Origin: Proteromonas lacertae | Taxonomy: Eukaryota | Direction: 5' to 3' | DNA: 64,000 bases | Assembly (NCBI GenBank): GCA_002245135.1 | Contig: NGBS01000292.1 | Span: forward strand, 310,001 to 374,000 | Shown: positions 39,817 to 52,949 of the stretch, in pieces | Layout: the number at the start of each line of letters is the position of its first letter | Numbering within the stretch: the first letter of the stretch is position 1 | Program-made: the position numbers and the translations under genes | Notes under the pieces: generated by a model | The model's database searches: none | Told to the model about the DNA's origin: nothing | What the model saw: the letters and a program-made list of their open reading frames with translations, nothing else

Positions 39817-40058
39817 ACAGGTACAATTAGTCTATATAATTAGATATACGTAAATAAAAAATTACAGCTTTATTTCAAAAACAAACAACAAAACTAGTAG
39901 AAATGCAATTCTTAATCAACCAAAATTTCCCCCAAATACCCCTTTTTTTTATTATTAAAAAAAATTATTGAGGATAATCTATCAACACTATGTAGTATTC
40001 TATACAAGAAGAAAAATAAATATGTGTATAAATAGCACATCTAAGATCTGTCTAAAAG

Positions 40059-40502
40059 AACATCTTCACTATATTTTAATTCTAGCACCACTCTGTCTTT
40101 GTATATTAATCATAAAACCACATAATAATATTTCTAATTCATTTTTTGGACTTCTCTTTGAGATCACTTCTAATATGTAACATATTCACTATATTTTAAT
40201 TCTAGCACCACTCTGTCTTTGTATATTAATCATAAAACCACATAATAATATTTCTAATTCATTTTTTGGACTTCTCTTTGAGATCACTTCTAATATGTAA
40301 CATATTCACTATATTTTAATTCTAGCACCACTCTGTCTTTGTATATTAATCATAAAACCACATAATAATATTTCTAATTCATTTTTTGGACTTCTCTTTG
40401 AGATCACTTCTAATATGTAACATATTCACTATATTTTAATTCTAGCACCACTCTGTCTTTGTATATTAATCATAAAACCACATAATAATATTTCTTATTC
40501 AT
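40059..40502 (-). repeat. Inverted tandem array of the same 120-bp unit, about 3.7 copies
   Basis: Reverse complement of the 36061-36180 unit repeated from 40081. Confidence 0.98.
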
Positions 40503-40835
40503 CTATTAAATAAGGAGCTTAAAAACCAAAAAATTTAAAATCATTCAAACTTGAGGTTTGCTTTGTGAAAATGTTTTGTTTATTTTTTCATTAAATAAAC
40601 ATATTATTACGAAAATAATTGGAGGTCCTAAATGCAGATATTATGCACTTTTGTTTGGACATCAATTTTAAAACTAATGTCAAAATGAATTAATCATAAG
40701 TAAACGAAATTCACAGATAGTTTCAGAAACTCTTAATTACTTATCTATATCTTGAAGAAATTTAATATAAAGGCTGTAACGCCACTAGAAATAGGGTGTT
40801 AAAAATTTGAACAGCCGTTCTAAAAAAATGTCCTC
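40059..40835 (-). repeat. Right terminal inverted repeat
   Basis: Mirror of 35718-36500. Confidence 0.95.
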
Positions 40836-41220
40836 TTAAAATAAATATAAACTCATCAAGCTTGCTTGAGTTTGAATAATTATAAATATTGTAATATAAA
40901 TCTAATCGAATGTAATACTTTATTACAGAAGTAGAAATAATATTTAATTCACTATCTATGATAAAAACGTGATAATGTAAAAGCATTAAAACAAAATAAC
41001 TGCTATTCGTAAGGAAATATATATCTCTATCTTTGTACAGATTAATCATTTCATCTATTGAATTAAAGTCTGTTATTTCTTTGATACTACCAAACTTGTC
41101 AACAAATCTGCTATAATCTATACAGCCGTTTTCAACTATCAAAATATTGTCACTACTATAGAATAGATTGCTATCTGCAATCCTTTCATACTTACTTTTA
41201 AAAATATCTAGAATATTCAT
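40836..41220 (-). pseudogene. ORF truncated by the MULE right TIR; possibly the original 5' part of the CACTA-like transposase locus
   Basis: ATG at 41220, open for 128 codons until it reads into the TIR; same strand and similar composition as the 32840-35725 ORF. Confidence 0.45.
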
Positions 41221-41530
41221 AAAATATTAATGAATTTATTAATAATTCAAACTTGAGAAAAGTTTGAGGTATTATGCATTAGCCAATATATTTGTTTTAA
41301 AAATAAAATCTAACTTTTGTTTGAGAAAAGATCAAGCCAATTGATCTAATTTTTAATTTTAAAAATGTATTTAGCTTTTTTAAATCCAACAGCTAAGACT
41401 ATTGAAAAGATAAAAGCTTTTAGTCAGTCAATATAAGTGTAGCAATTGGTATTCAAGGCGTTTTGAAAACTAATCTTGGTATTATTTACGTATTATGGAA
41501 TACATGTAGGTCCAAAGTGAACGATTATGA

Positions 41531-42221
41531 TATATATAGTTGGTGAGTTGTTATAATAAAATTTACAAAGGATTGTGAAGTGTTGGTTAATGACATGCAG
41601 ATACAACATCCAACAGCAGAATTAATAGCTAGAACTGCCACAGTACAAGATGATATGACAAGTATTTTTAGTATATTTATCAATTGGATAGGCAATACAT
41701 CCACGTATGATTCAATGTTTCTAAGGAGAGAATGCACACTACAAAATAGATGTTTATTGTCAAAAGTATCTCGTACATCATTCCAACTAGAAGTATACTT
41801 TAATTAAATTATGTATTTGATTAGGATTGGAGGATTATAGTTGTATTATCTATATAAAATGTATATTATTATTATTATATATATAGTTGGTGAGTTGTTA
41901 TAATAAAATTTACAAAGGATTGTGAAGTGTTGGTTAATAACATGCAGATACAACATCCAACAGCAGAATTAATAGTTAGAGTACAAGATGATATGACAAG
42001 TATTTTTAGTATATTTATCAATTGGATAGGCAATACATCCACATATAATTCAATGTTTCTAAGGAGAGAATGCACACTACAAAATAGATGTTTATTGTCA
42101 AAAGTATCTCGTACATCATTCCAACTAGAAGTATACTTTAATTAAATTATGTATTTGATTAGGATTGGAGGATTATAGTTGTATTATCTATATAAAATGT
42201 ATATTATTATTATTATTATAT
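41531..42221 (+). repeat. Tandem duplication, 347-bp period, 2 copies
   Basis: 41531-41877 vs 41878-42221; a few substitutions and a 9-bp deletion in copy 2. Confidence 0.95.
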
Positions 42222-42925
42222 AGGTAAAATGGATTTATTTTAGTAAAGATTAATTAATTTTCATATTTTAGATAAATTGTATTTATTTATATGTCTAATT
42301 GTGTTTATTCTCACGATGCTAATGGTATGCAGCTATATAAGCTGAATATAAAAGAATTGATTGTATCTCTCTAATTAGAGGGATTTAGCTTAAAATAACA
42401 CTATTTTATTACTCAGTTATACAAAATTGTTTGAATAAGCACATGAAATCACTAATTACATAAGATTACATGCGAAAAATAAATCACGCTTATTCTTACC
42501 AAGACATACATCAAACTTTAATCTACAAAAATTAAACAAATCTAAACCATGTTTCATTTCATTTCATTTCCTATTTCAGAAAAACCAGGGACATTAAAGC
42601 CAATTTCATAAAAAGTTCAGGGGTAGGTTTTCTGATTTTACCTACTTTAACCCTCGTTTTCTCACTCTACAAAAAGAATTAAACTATAAGATTTTACAGT
42701 TGCATTATTTATGGGTATATTTATCAATATGTTTAATATTATTGAAAAAGAAACAAATTACCTACATGAGGTAATTTCATAACTAATGATGCTATAGTAT
42801 AGTACTATGTATAACGCATATTACTGAAAATTTTTATTCCTTAATTCTTTATGGTTATCGAGAAAAATCATTTTAAAGTCAAAAAAAACACTTAAATAAT
42901 TCTTACCGTGTAATTTACATTCCAT

Positions 42926-45900
42926 ATGTCAGAGTTGATTATGTTGATTTTTTTAATACTATTTGTTATAGTGAGCTGTAAAGATTGTCAATGGTCAACC
43001 AGCTGGTTTTCAAATGAAATAATGGAGTGTAGTGGTGTTGGGAGTTGTAATAGAGATAAAGGAATATGTGAATGTTTCGATGGATTTGAAGGAGTAATTT
43101 GTGAGAAAATGAGTTGTCCATCTAATGATGGAAAAGAGTGTAGTGGACATGGAAGGTGTTTGACAATGAAGGAATTGAAGGGAAATTCAGGAGATATAAA
43201 ATATGAAAAATACAGAGGATGTATTTGTGATATTGGATATTCAGGTTACGACTGTCATATTAGTATATTATATAGAAATTATAAAAATTTTCAATAGAGG
43301 AGTGTCCATTAGGAGCAGTGAAAAATAAAGGTAATTTTAAGAAGGATGTAATTGAATATACTACAACAAGGCAGTTGAGAAGAGGATTAGCAACAATAAA
43401 CTGTATTAATCTATTATAAATACTATTGTTAGTTCCAATAACAGTTACAATGGAAAATAAAGATATTTTAAAAACTGTAACATTTGAAATTACCAACTCT
43501 ATGACAGCAGAAGATATAAGAAAGAAAATACTGAATGAAAAGATTGTTCATGATGTTGGAGTAGAAAAACTAAAAGATAAAATAATCATTTATTATTTAT
43601 ATGATAATGAGTATATATATATTACTGTATTTATGTTATTATAGTGTTGGTATTACAAAAATTAATGATGGTGATTTTACTAATCCAAATGATGCAACTA
43701 TTGATGATAATAAATTACAGACTTTTGCTGAATGTAGTGGTTTAGGAGAATGTAATAATGGTAATTGTGAATGTTATGGAAAGGATGATGAAGAGTATAA
43801 ATATCCAACAGATCCATATACAACATATAAATTCAAAGTACCAATTAAGAATTGTCAAAAGTTTGGTGATTATACACTATCAAACTCAATATGTCTAAAT
43901 GGAGATATTCAAAGAGAATTGAGTAATAACATTGTAGAAATAGAAAAGAATATAACCAGACATATTAGAGGTAAAAATGAATATAATATTCCATCAAACA
44001 GAATATTACAAGCTAATATATGTATTCCTGGATGTTCTAATCCAACAAAGGATGAAAAAGGAAATGAAGTAAATCCATGTAAAGATGAATATTGTGTAAG
44101 TAATTGTGAGTATTTATGTAAAAATCATAAATCACTTTGTCAAACAAATTGTCCTTCTGAAGTTGACAAATCATTGAATGATAAAAAAGAATTAGATAAA
44201 ACTAAATTAGAGAAGGATAAAAAGGAATGTATTGAAAGTATTTGTACAGGAAATTGTGATGATTTCAAAGAATTTGGTGTTGATGATTGTAAAGATAATT
44301 GTATGACAGAATCCTTAAGATCATATAATGTTTCAGTTTGTAAAAAGATATTTGATAATTATGAGAATGTTGTTTGTGATAATCATTGTAGTGACAAATA
44401 TAAGAATAGTATTTATAAAGATAAATTATGTAGTGATAATTGTAAAAATTATACAAATAAAGATGCAGAAACTGAAAACACATGTAAAGGAGATTGTAAT
44501 ACAATAAAAACTCAAGAAGAAGTAACATGTGATACTGGTTGTGATGTTTATATTGAAAATCCAAAGATATGTGATACTCCAACTACAAAGTTAGATGTGT
44601 GTAAAACTACATTAGATACATGTAAAAAGACTGCATGTAATAAACAATCTCCATCATCTTCGACTGAATGTGATAATAGTGTTGATTATTTTGGTTTGAC
44701 TTTATCTTCATGTGAAACTGCGTGTGGTAGTGATGAAACATGTAAATTATCTTGTATTACATATATTGATGAAATATCAACCTGTTTAAACACCTATTCC
44801 ACATGTATAACTGATTTGCCTACTGGAATAAGTAATGAATGTATAACAGAAGCATGTAAACTAACACATGAAAGTATAACTGGAAGTGCAAGTGGTGATT
44901 CTTGTCAAATTAATTTTGCTGATGTTAATGCATGTAATACTGAATGTGATGCAACATTTACAGGAAATGTTGATAATATTAGTAAATGTAAAGCATCTTG
45001 TCAATTATATTTTAAACTAAAAGGGATGTGTGAAAATCAAGATTATTTCCCTTCTAATGCTTTAGATTCTTGTAAAACAACTCATGATGATGCAAAGAAA
45101 GCTGAATGTGATAATCAATGTTCAATTCGATATGATAGTTCAAATGCTGATTTTACTACTTGTCAAAAGGATTGTGAATCAAATCCTTCTATAATTTCCT
45201 TAACAGAATGTAATAATGCATGTAAGAGTAGATGTAGTAGTGTTAGTGATAGTTATAATACTGCCATAACAACCTATGAAACATGTAGTAAAACACAATT
45301 AGATACTTCAAAAACTACATGTAATACTAATTTATGTAATGAAGAATGTGATTTATTGTATGTTGGTGAAACACAAAAGAATAAAGATTGTAAATCAAGT
45401 TGTCCAAGTTTATCAAATCAAATAGATTGTAATAAAGAATGTACAGATGATTCTACAGGAGTTTGTTCAAATGTGTGTGAATATGTAAAGAATGGTATTA
45501 ATATATGTGATACTCCAACTACAAAGTTAGATGTGTGTAAAAATACATTAGATACATGTAAAAAGACTGCATGTAATAAACAATCTCCATCATCTTCGAC
45601 TGAATGTGATAATAGTGTTGATTATTTTGGTTTGACTTTATCTACATGTGAAAGTAAATGTGGTAGTGATGAAGCATGTAAATCCTCCTGTATAACATAT
45701 ATTGATGAAATATCAACCTGTTTAAACACCTATTCCACATGTATAACTGATTTGCCTACTGGAATAAGTAATGAATGTATAACAGAAGCATGTAAACTAA
45801 CACATGAAAGTATAACTGGAAGTGCAAGTGGTGATTCTTGTCAAATTAATTTTGCTGATGTTAATGCATGTAATACTGAATGTGATGCAACATTTACAGG

Positions 45901-48900
45901 AAATGTTGATAATATTAGTAAATGTAAAGCATCTTGTCAATTATATTTTAAACTAAAAGGGATGTGTGAAAATCAAGATTATTTCCCTTCTAATGCTTTA
46001 GATTCTTGTAAAACAACTCATGATGATGCAAAGAAAGCTGAATGTGATAATCAATGTTCAATTCGATATGATAGTTCAAATGCTGATTTTACTGCTTGTC
46101 AAAAGGATTGTGAATCAAATCCTTCTATAATTTCCTTAACAGAATGTAATAATGCATGTAAGAGTAGATGTAGTAGTGTTAGTGATAGTTATAATACTGC
46201 CATAACAACCTATGAAACATGTAGTAAAACACAATTAGATACTTCAAAAACTACATGTAATACTAATTTATGTAATGAAGAATGTGATTTATTGTATGTT
46301 GGTGAAACACAAAAGAATAAAGATTGTAAATCAAGTTGTCCAAGTTTATCAAATCAAATAGATTGTACTAATGAATGTAGTGATTCTCATAACACAGATA
46401 GAAAAAATTGTAAAGAAAATTGTAATGTAGTTGTTCCAAGATTAAATTCATTTAGAAAAGTTGATAATTGTGTTGAGACAATATCTATATGTGAAACAGT
46501 TTATAATGATTGTAATATACAATCACGTAATAAAATATGTACAACATTGTATAGTAAAGATTGTAAAGATTCATCTACTCCATTACCCACTACTGTTAAA
46601 GAATGTAAAGATAAATGTAATACTTTATCTATTGATGTTAAAAAGACAGATTGTTTAACTAGTTGTAATACATATTTTGAAGATATTTCATTTTGTAGAA
46701 ACTCTTATCAAGCATGTGGTGATTCATTTTATGAATTATTTGCTAATTGTAAAAAAAGTTCTCTAAATGACTGTAAAACTGCCTGTAATGATAATAATTG
46801 TATTAATGGATGTACAACTGCAGAATCATCTACAAATACAGAGTCATGTAAAGCTAATTGTAATAGTGATACAAATTGTATTAAAGGGTGTAATGATTAT
46901 TTTACTAAATATAAATCATGTAATATTTTTTCATCAACAAATACAGCCGTTTTAGTTAATCCATCCAAGAATAAATGTAAGATTAATGCTTGCAATATAT
47001 TGAAGAAATATGATGGAAATACAGCAAAATGTACAGAAAGTGATGTAACAACTGGTAGTAGTGATTGTACAGCATATTGTGATGGTAAAGTCAACAATAC
47101 AGAATGTGAAGTACGTTGTGAATTTTATAAGAAAGAATATGAAAAATGTGATGAAATAAGTAGTAAAGATATTGATTCATTATGTCTAGTTTCTGCTAAT
47201 TATATAAGAAATGAAATATGTGGTAGTAGTGATTGTGTAGATGTAGATGTAGGCAATTGTGAAGCCAAATGTAATAATGATAATTGTAAACTTGCATGTA
47301 AAGCATATTATGAATATTTATCATATTGTGAAGTTACTCAAATACCTACAGATAGTGTAAAAGCTGATAAAACAACATGTGAGAGTAAATGTAATAACAA
47401 TGTAGAATGTAAGAGTAAATGTGATAGTGATATATCAGGTATGTGTGATAATTATAGAAATTCATTAGAAGTAGTTTACTTATCTCAAAATGAATTATTA
47501 ACATGTAGTGAAGTCTGCGTTGGAAAATATAAAGAAATAATTGAGAGATTATGTAATTCAGATTGTCCAACTAATCCTGTTGATGTTGATAAATGTAAAA
47601 AGTGTAAGATTGAAAATTATAATGCTAAATGTGGATGTAGTATTAATAATAAAGATGCAAGTTCTTCATTACAGACATTATCTGAAGAGTGTATTAATGA
47701 ATGTGATAAAGTAAAAAGTGAAAGAAGTGTTGATTGTAAAGAAATATGTTATGCTAGTTATTATTATGATGGAAGTGTAAATGCTAAATATACAGATTGT
47801 AAGAATGAATGTGAAAGTAATTATACTTTATGTGAATCAATATGTAGAGATTATTATTATTCTTCGTCGTTAAATACACTAAAGAATTGTGTTGCTAAAT
47901 GTAATACTGCAAAAGATAAATGCAATTCTGAATGTAATAAAAATATTAGATATTATGAGTGTAAAAATAAAGAAGATAAAAGCTGTAAAATTAATACACA
48001 ATCAATTAAAGTATGTGATAATGGATGTAAAGACCAATGTTTGGATGATTGTAATGGTGAAGACAAATGTAAAATTCCAAATTGTGTTGAATGTGGTTCT
48101 TGTTCAGGTAATTATAATCCAATTAACAATGCACATAATAATCAGATATGTAAATGTAAAGAAGGATATGAAGGTAATAAATGTGATAAAAGTATAAATA
48201 TTTATAATTTATAATATATAGAACAATGTGTATTTACTGATTCATGGTTTGGTTTAGATAGAATAAATGCTTGTAGTAATAGAGGTAATTGTAATAATGG
48301 AGAATGTGAATGTGATAATGGTTTTAACTCAATAAATGATGGTTGTAGTACAAGTATATAATAGATATTATATAAAAATAATAATATAATAATAATATAG
48401 TTGATTGTGATAATAACTGTAATGATAATGGAATATGTAAATATAAAAGAATTGATGATGATAGAGATATTTATATAGGTCATTGTGAATGTTTTGATGG
48501 TTTTGAGGGTAATAGTTGTAATGAGAGTATATATATTTATTATAATGTATTATATTAGTTAAAACAAGAAAATGTCCAACAGCTGCTAAAGAAGCTAGCG
48601 ATAATCCAAAATTAGAAATAACATTAACAACATATCCTGTAACAATCTTATATGAAGATATTGAATATACTATTCCAAATCCTAAAGCTGCTCAACAGAG
48701 TTGTGATAACTTGAAAGAAATATTAGAAGGAAAAAGTGGTGGTTTTGTTGGGTATTATTTATAATTTATAATAAAAATAGTGAGATTAAATGTGATGATA
48801 CAAATTCAGCTTCAAATAAATACACTTTAGCTTTTACATATGTATAATTAATATTATATTCTCATTTAATAGTATTGTGGAGATGCATTAGATGATAAAA

Positions 48901-49046
48901 TTAAAGTAGAAGGAGCTGAATCAATATTTACATCTGGTGGTGATTGTGTTGAATGTTTAAGCGGAAAATGCACAAATGGATATTGTACATGTAATACAGG
49001 AAGTGAGTATGACATTGTGAGAGGAATTTGCATTAATAAAACCTAA
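42926..49046 (+). CDS. Large secreted tenascin-like EGF / CX3C-repeat Cys-rich protein, paralog of 10047-12416, multi-exon
   Basis: Signal peptide MSELIMLIFLILFVIVSC; ECSGHGRC..CICDIGYSGYDC; ECPLGAVKNKGNFKKDVI matches CPVGGVENKGNYRKAVI of the paralog; ~1500-aa exon of CxxxC repeats. Confidence 0.85.
44567..46367 (+). repeat. In-frame internal duplication, 865 bp near-identical, 936-bp (312-aa) period
   Basis: 44567-45431 vs 45503-46367. Confidence 0.95.
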
Positions 49047-49293
49047 TTTATATATATTATATTTCTAATCTATTTTGAGTGTTTATAATCCTTATTAAAT
49101 AATATCCAACTGCTGAATTGGGATTTAGATTAATAATATACCATAAAAGCATATTGAAAAGTAATTTCTTGATTCCCGAATTATCAAGTAAGACCAGCGT
49201 GACAAAAGCATGGCACTGGTAGTATCTATTATTTGATGATAATTAAGAGTAAGAATAATATTATCTTCGCTGATTATTATTCTTCTATGAGAG

Positions 49294-50569
49294 ATGGGTT
49301 TAGGTACATATTTATTGAACAAATTAGAGTGGACATGGCATGTATTTAGAGTTGTATACATTCTTACGAGTGTAATTATTAATTAGACTTTTAATACAGT
49401 AAAACGATATCCTTGCATGTATATAGTATTTACTTATTCTGTAGCTATGCGTTTGGCTTATTGTGTTGTTTTTTAGTTGTTGTAATTACTGTAATGGTGT
49501 TTTCTTTACTTGATAAAGTCCCAATACTATTTTTATACCAAGCAGAGTTAACGGTTGGTGAAATAGATTTTACTATTAAATATAATATGAATGTATCGAT
49601 GAGTTTTGATTCAGTTTCAAATGAATTATCACAATATTATTCAGATAACGATTTTTCAATATTTCCAAGGATAGATATACCAGCTAATACATTTGAATCT
49701 GATAATATATCAGTAACAACAGTATATTTCTTCAATTATTATCAATTATGAATAGGGTACTTATCCTTACAGATATATAATTGGTAATTTAAAGGAAGAA
49801 TCAAAAAAAGGAATTGGAAGAAGTTGGAAATACAATGAAAAAGACGAAAAAAGTATAATTTCAAATATATTAAAAATAGATGGGTTTTATATTCATAAAT
49901 CTATATCTTTATCACATAATTATAAGATAGGAGATAATATCAAGTTGGTTATACCAATAAGTAATTTAAATTATCTAATAAATCCTAATATTGATCGTGG
50001 TAATGAAACTACAACAATTGAATGTAATTATCCAATAATAAACATAATTGATAGTGCAAAAGTATATTTTCACTATCTTAATTGTAAAATATTGTTAGGG
50101 TAAATACGATATGGAAAATAAAAATGTAATATTTAGTGAAATGAATACTTTAACAAATTGTCTAAGAAAAATATCATTTTTATACTATCTACATAATCTT
50201 TTTTGTATTTCTTTAATTTTCTTTCTAATATGATTCATCTATCTCTATAAACAATGTTAGTTCAGTGATTGGTGTATTTTCTAACAATAAAAGAAGAGAT
50301 ATTTATTATAATCAAAATTTTGATGATATAAAAAGGAAGATTTTAAGATTTGCTGATAATGTTCTGAGTATATTGAATTATAAAGATTATCATATTGATT
50401 TAAACATATTTTCTGATGTATTTATTGATATATAATTATATATTGATTAGTTAAAAGGAAATCATTTGTTAAACTTCTTTTTAACTTTGTTAGTTGGTTT
50501 ATTGTTATTTATTATTTCACTTTTATCATCTATTTTAATATACAGTTTATTAATGATTAATGTATAAAG

Positions 50570-50606
<37 letters not shown>

Positions 50607-52826
50607 GACTAAATCAAGAGGATTTGAATTTTATGTAAGAAGAATGATAGGAACAGGAAGAACAAATATAATGTATAATAATCTCTCTCTCTCTATATAT
50701 ATATATATATAGTGCAATATTATTATCTCAAGCACTTATCTACAGTATTCCTGCTTATGCAGTTGGAGTTGGACTTAGTTTAATATTACATGAAGTATTA
50801 TGTTGGTATATACATGATATGAGTGGATTAAATTTCAGTCATCAATTATCACCATTAGCTATATTTATTGGAGCTGTTATTGGTATTGGATTACCATTAA
50901 TTGCATCAGTTGGACCTGTTTCTCAGATATTATCAACATCATTAACAAGGAATATGGATAGTGATAATAATAATATGAGAGAACCACCAAAAGTATATAT
51001 ATATATAATAATTATTATTATTATTATATTTAATAGAGTTACAATCCAAATTATCCACACAGAACATCCATATATTATCTATTTGTAGATGTTATTCTAA
51101 TAATCTATTCATTAGGTTTTGCTATAAATATTCCTTCATCTCTATTAAAAGAGAATTTGCCTGGATTAGTAACTCAATTAGTTATTATTCTATTAACTGT
51201 AATGTTAAGTCTAATATTCTTATCATTAGTAATTGAACCATTAATGGAGAAATTGATATTATTTATATTCTTATTCTATGAGAATGAAGGTGTAACTGAA
51301 ATGGTGAAATTGAATATTAAAAGACATCATGTAAAGAATATTCAAACACATATTCTATTCTCATTATGTTTAGCATTTATTTTATTCGCAAATATCTCTG
51401 TAGCAGCGCAAGTATACTTTATTCTAATTATATATTTGTTATGTGTTATAGTTATACACTAGTTCAATGGGAACTTATAAAACCTACGGTTCTTTAATAA
51501 GCATCAGAGCAAATGGAAATCAAGATTTACCATATACAATATTTGATGATCTTGAACAATTGTTGATAATGAAACCAAATTATAGAAATATTATTAAAGA
51601 ATATGCATTTATTACAAGTGATTTACCATCAACATCCACACTAAGTACCGTTGGAAGAACTGTTTCATTTCCTATTAAAATGTATATATTTATTGTTTCT
51701 TATCATTATTTTGTATATATATAAATAGTTATGGAGTCAGTAGGAATTTTCATAAAACTCTAATGAAGAGATACGTAATGGTAAATAAAATTACCAATAA
51801 AAAATACAAAGATAAAGTTGGTGAAGGATTATACAATGAATTAGATGGAAATGGATTGATATTAAGTGCAGGAGTTGGTAATAAAATGTATATTATAAAA
51901 CCTATTAAAATTATTATTAATTTTTCAATAGTTTCTTAGAGCCAAATGATGAATTTTTATTAACAACATATTCACCAAATATTCAAAATAAAGTAACACA
52001 AAAACAAAAACTATATTCTCTCATGTCATCTTGCCCAATTTTTGATTTTTCTGTTATTCCAGTTTCACTCGATTCTACTATAGAAGGACTAGTTTCTATT
52101 GATAAATATATTGAAATTAGTAATGGTCTTTACACTACAAATGATACTGTTTTGTATAACAAAATATTATTTGATGTTGATTTGTCATATCCGAAGAAAG
52201 AGATAGATCAATTAATTATTGATTTACATACTTTGATTAATCCATTAACTACTTCAATAGCAGATATGAGATCTAATGTAGAAGTATAATTTTCATATAT
52301 TTTATGTGATATTATTATATGTATAGTCTATGAATCAATATATTGATTTAACAAATATGTTGTTCATACTAATGACAAGTATATAAATATAAATATTATT
52401 ATCATCACTAATGTATATGTAGTTGCTGCATTGTTATTATGTTTCTTTTCACTATTAGCTTCAATGATCACCAATATTGTTGAACAATGTAAAGAATTAG
52501 CTGTTTTAAGATCTGTTGGTTTATCTAATTTCAGATTGATTAGAATGTATATCTATTTATTCTATTTTAGTTATTTATGGGAATCATTGGCTACAGTATT
52601 AACATCATCAATATTTGGTGTGAGTATTGGCATTTATATTGGTTGGTCTTTCTGTTTTCAAATGGGATTAATTACAGAAAGTGATAGTACAATTACAATA
52701 CCTGTGGAAATATTAATATCTATATTAATTGGAGCTGTGCTTATTAGTATTTTGGCACCATTAATATCTCTCAAAGTCTACATTAATATGACAATAGCTG
52801 ATCAATTTAGATCTGATCAACTATAA
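49294..52826 (+). CDS. FtsX/MacB-like permease with two FtsX-type membrane domains, many introns
   Basis: LIYSLLMIN..TKSRGFEFYVRRMIG and SLLASMITNIVEQCKELAVLRSVGLS..ES..S.FGV.IG motifs; multiple TM segments. Confidence 0.7.
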
Positions 52827-52949
52827 TATTGATGCAATTGCACATTAATTTTCGAAATAAATAAATATTATTATTATTATATTCCTAGAAACTGTTTTTT
52901 GAAAAAAATAAAATCTGTAACGAATATATTTTCAATCCGTTTCAATTTT

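Larger units (their letters stand above)
35718..40835 (-). mobile_element. Mutator-superfamily (MULE) element with Foldback-type long TIRs
   Basis: GAGGACATTT...AAATGTCCTC ends; 333-bp arms (35718-36050 / 40503-40835) appear identical, continued by inverted 120-bp arrays; central intact MULE transposase; no TSD. Confidence 0.92.
32672..42783. mobile_element. Putative outer EnSpm/CACTA-like (CMC) DNA transposon containing a nested MULE
   Basis: GTTATGAAA (32672-32680) and TTTCATAAC (42775-42783) inverted ends, each flanked by TAA (32669-71, 42784-86); left end coincides with the PKS truncation; encodes a CMC-type transposase. Confidence 0.5.

Noticed and set aside
39968..40180. 70-aa + strand ORF
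   Set aside because: Runs into the 120-bp array, TTG start, no domain
41245..41257. 13-bp ATTCAAACTTGAG shared with the TIR arm (about 40543-40555)
   Set aside because: Too short in AT-rich DNA to interpret
32672..42786. Helitron, Polinton or endogenous virus
   Set aside because: No Rep/Helicase, pPolB, integrase, packaging ATPase or capsid motifs; both large ORFs are DDE transposases
50574..50712. (TA)n/(TC)n tracts, also near 7175 and 63401
   Set aside because: Ordinary intronic microsatellites
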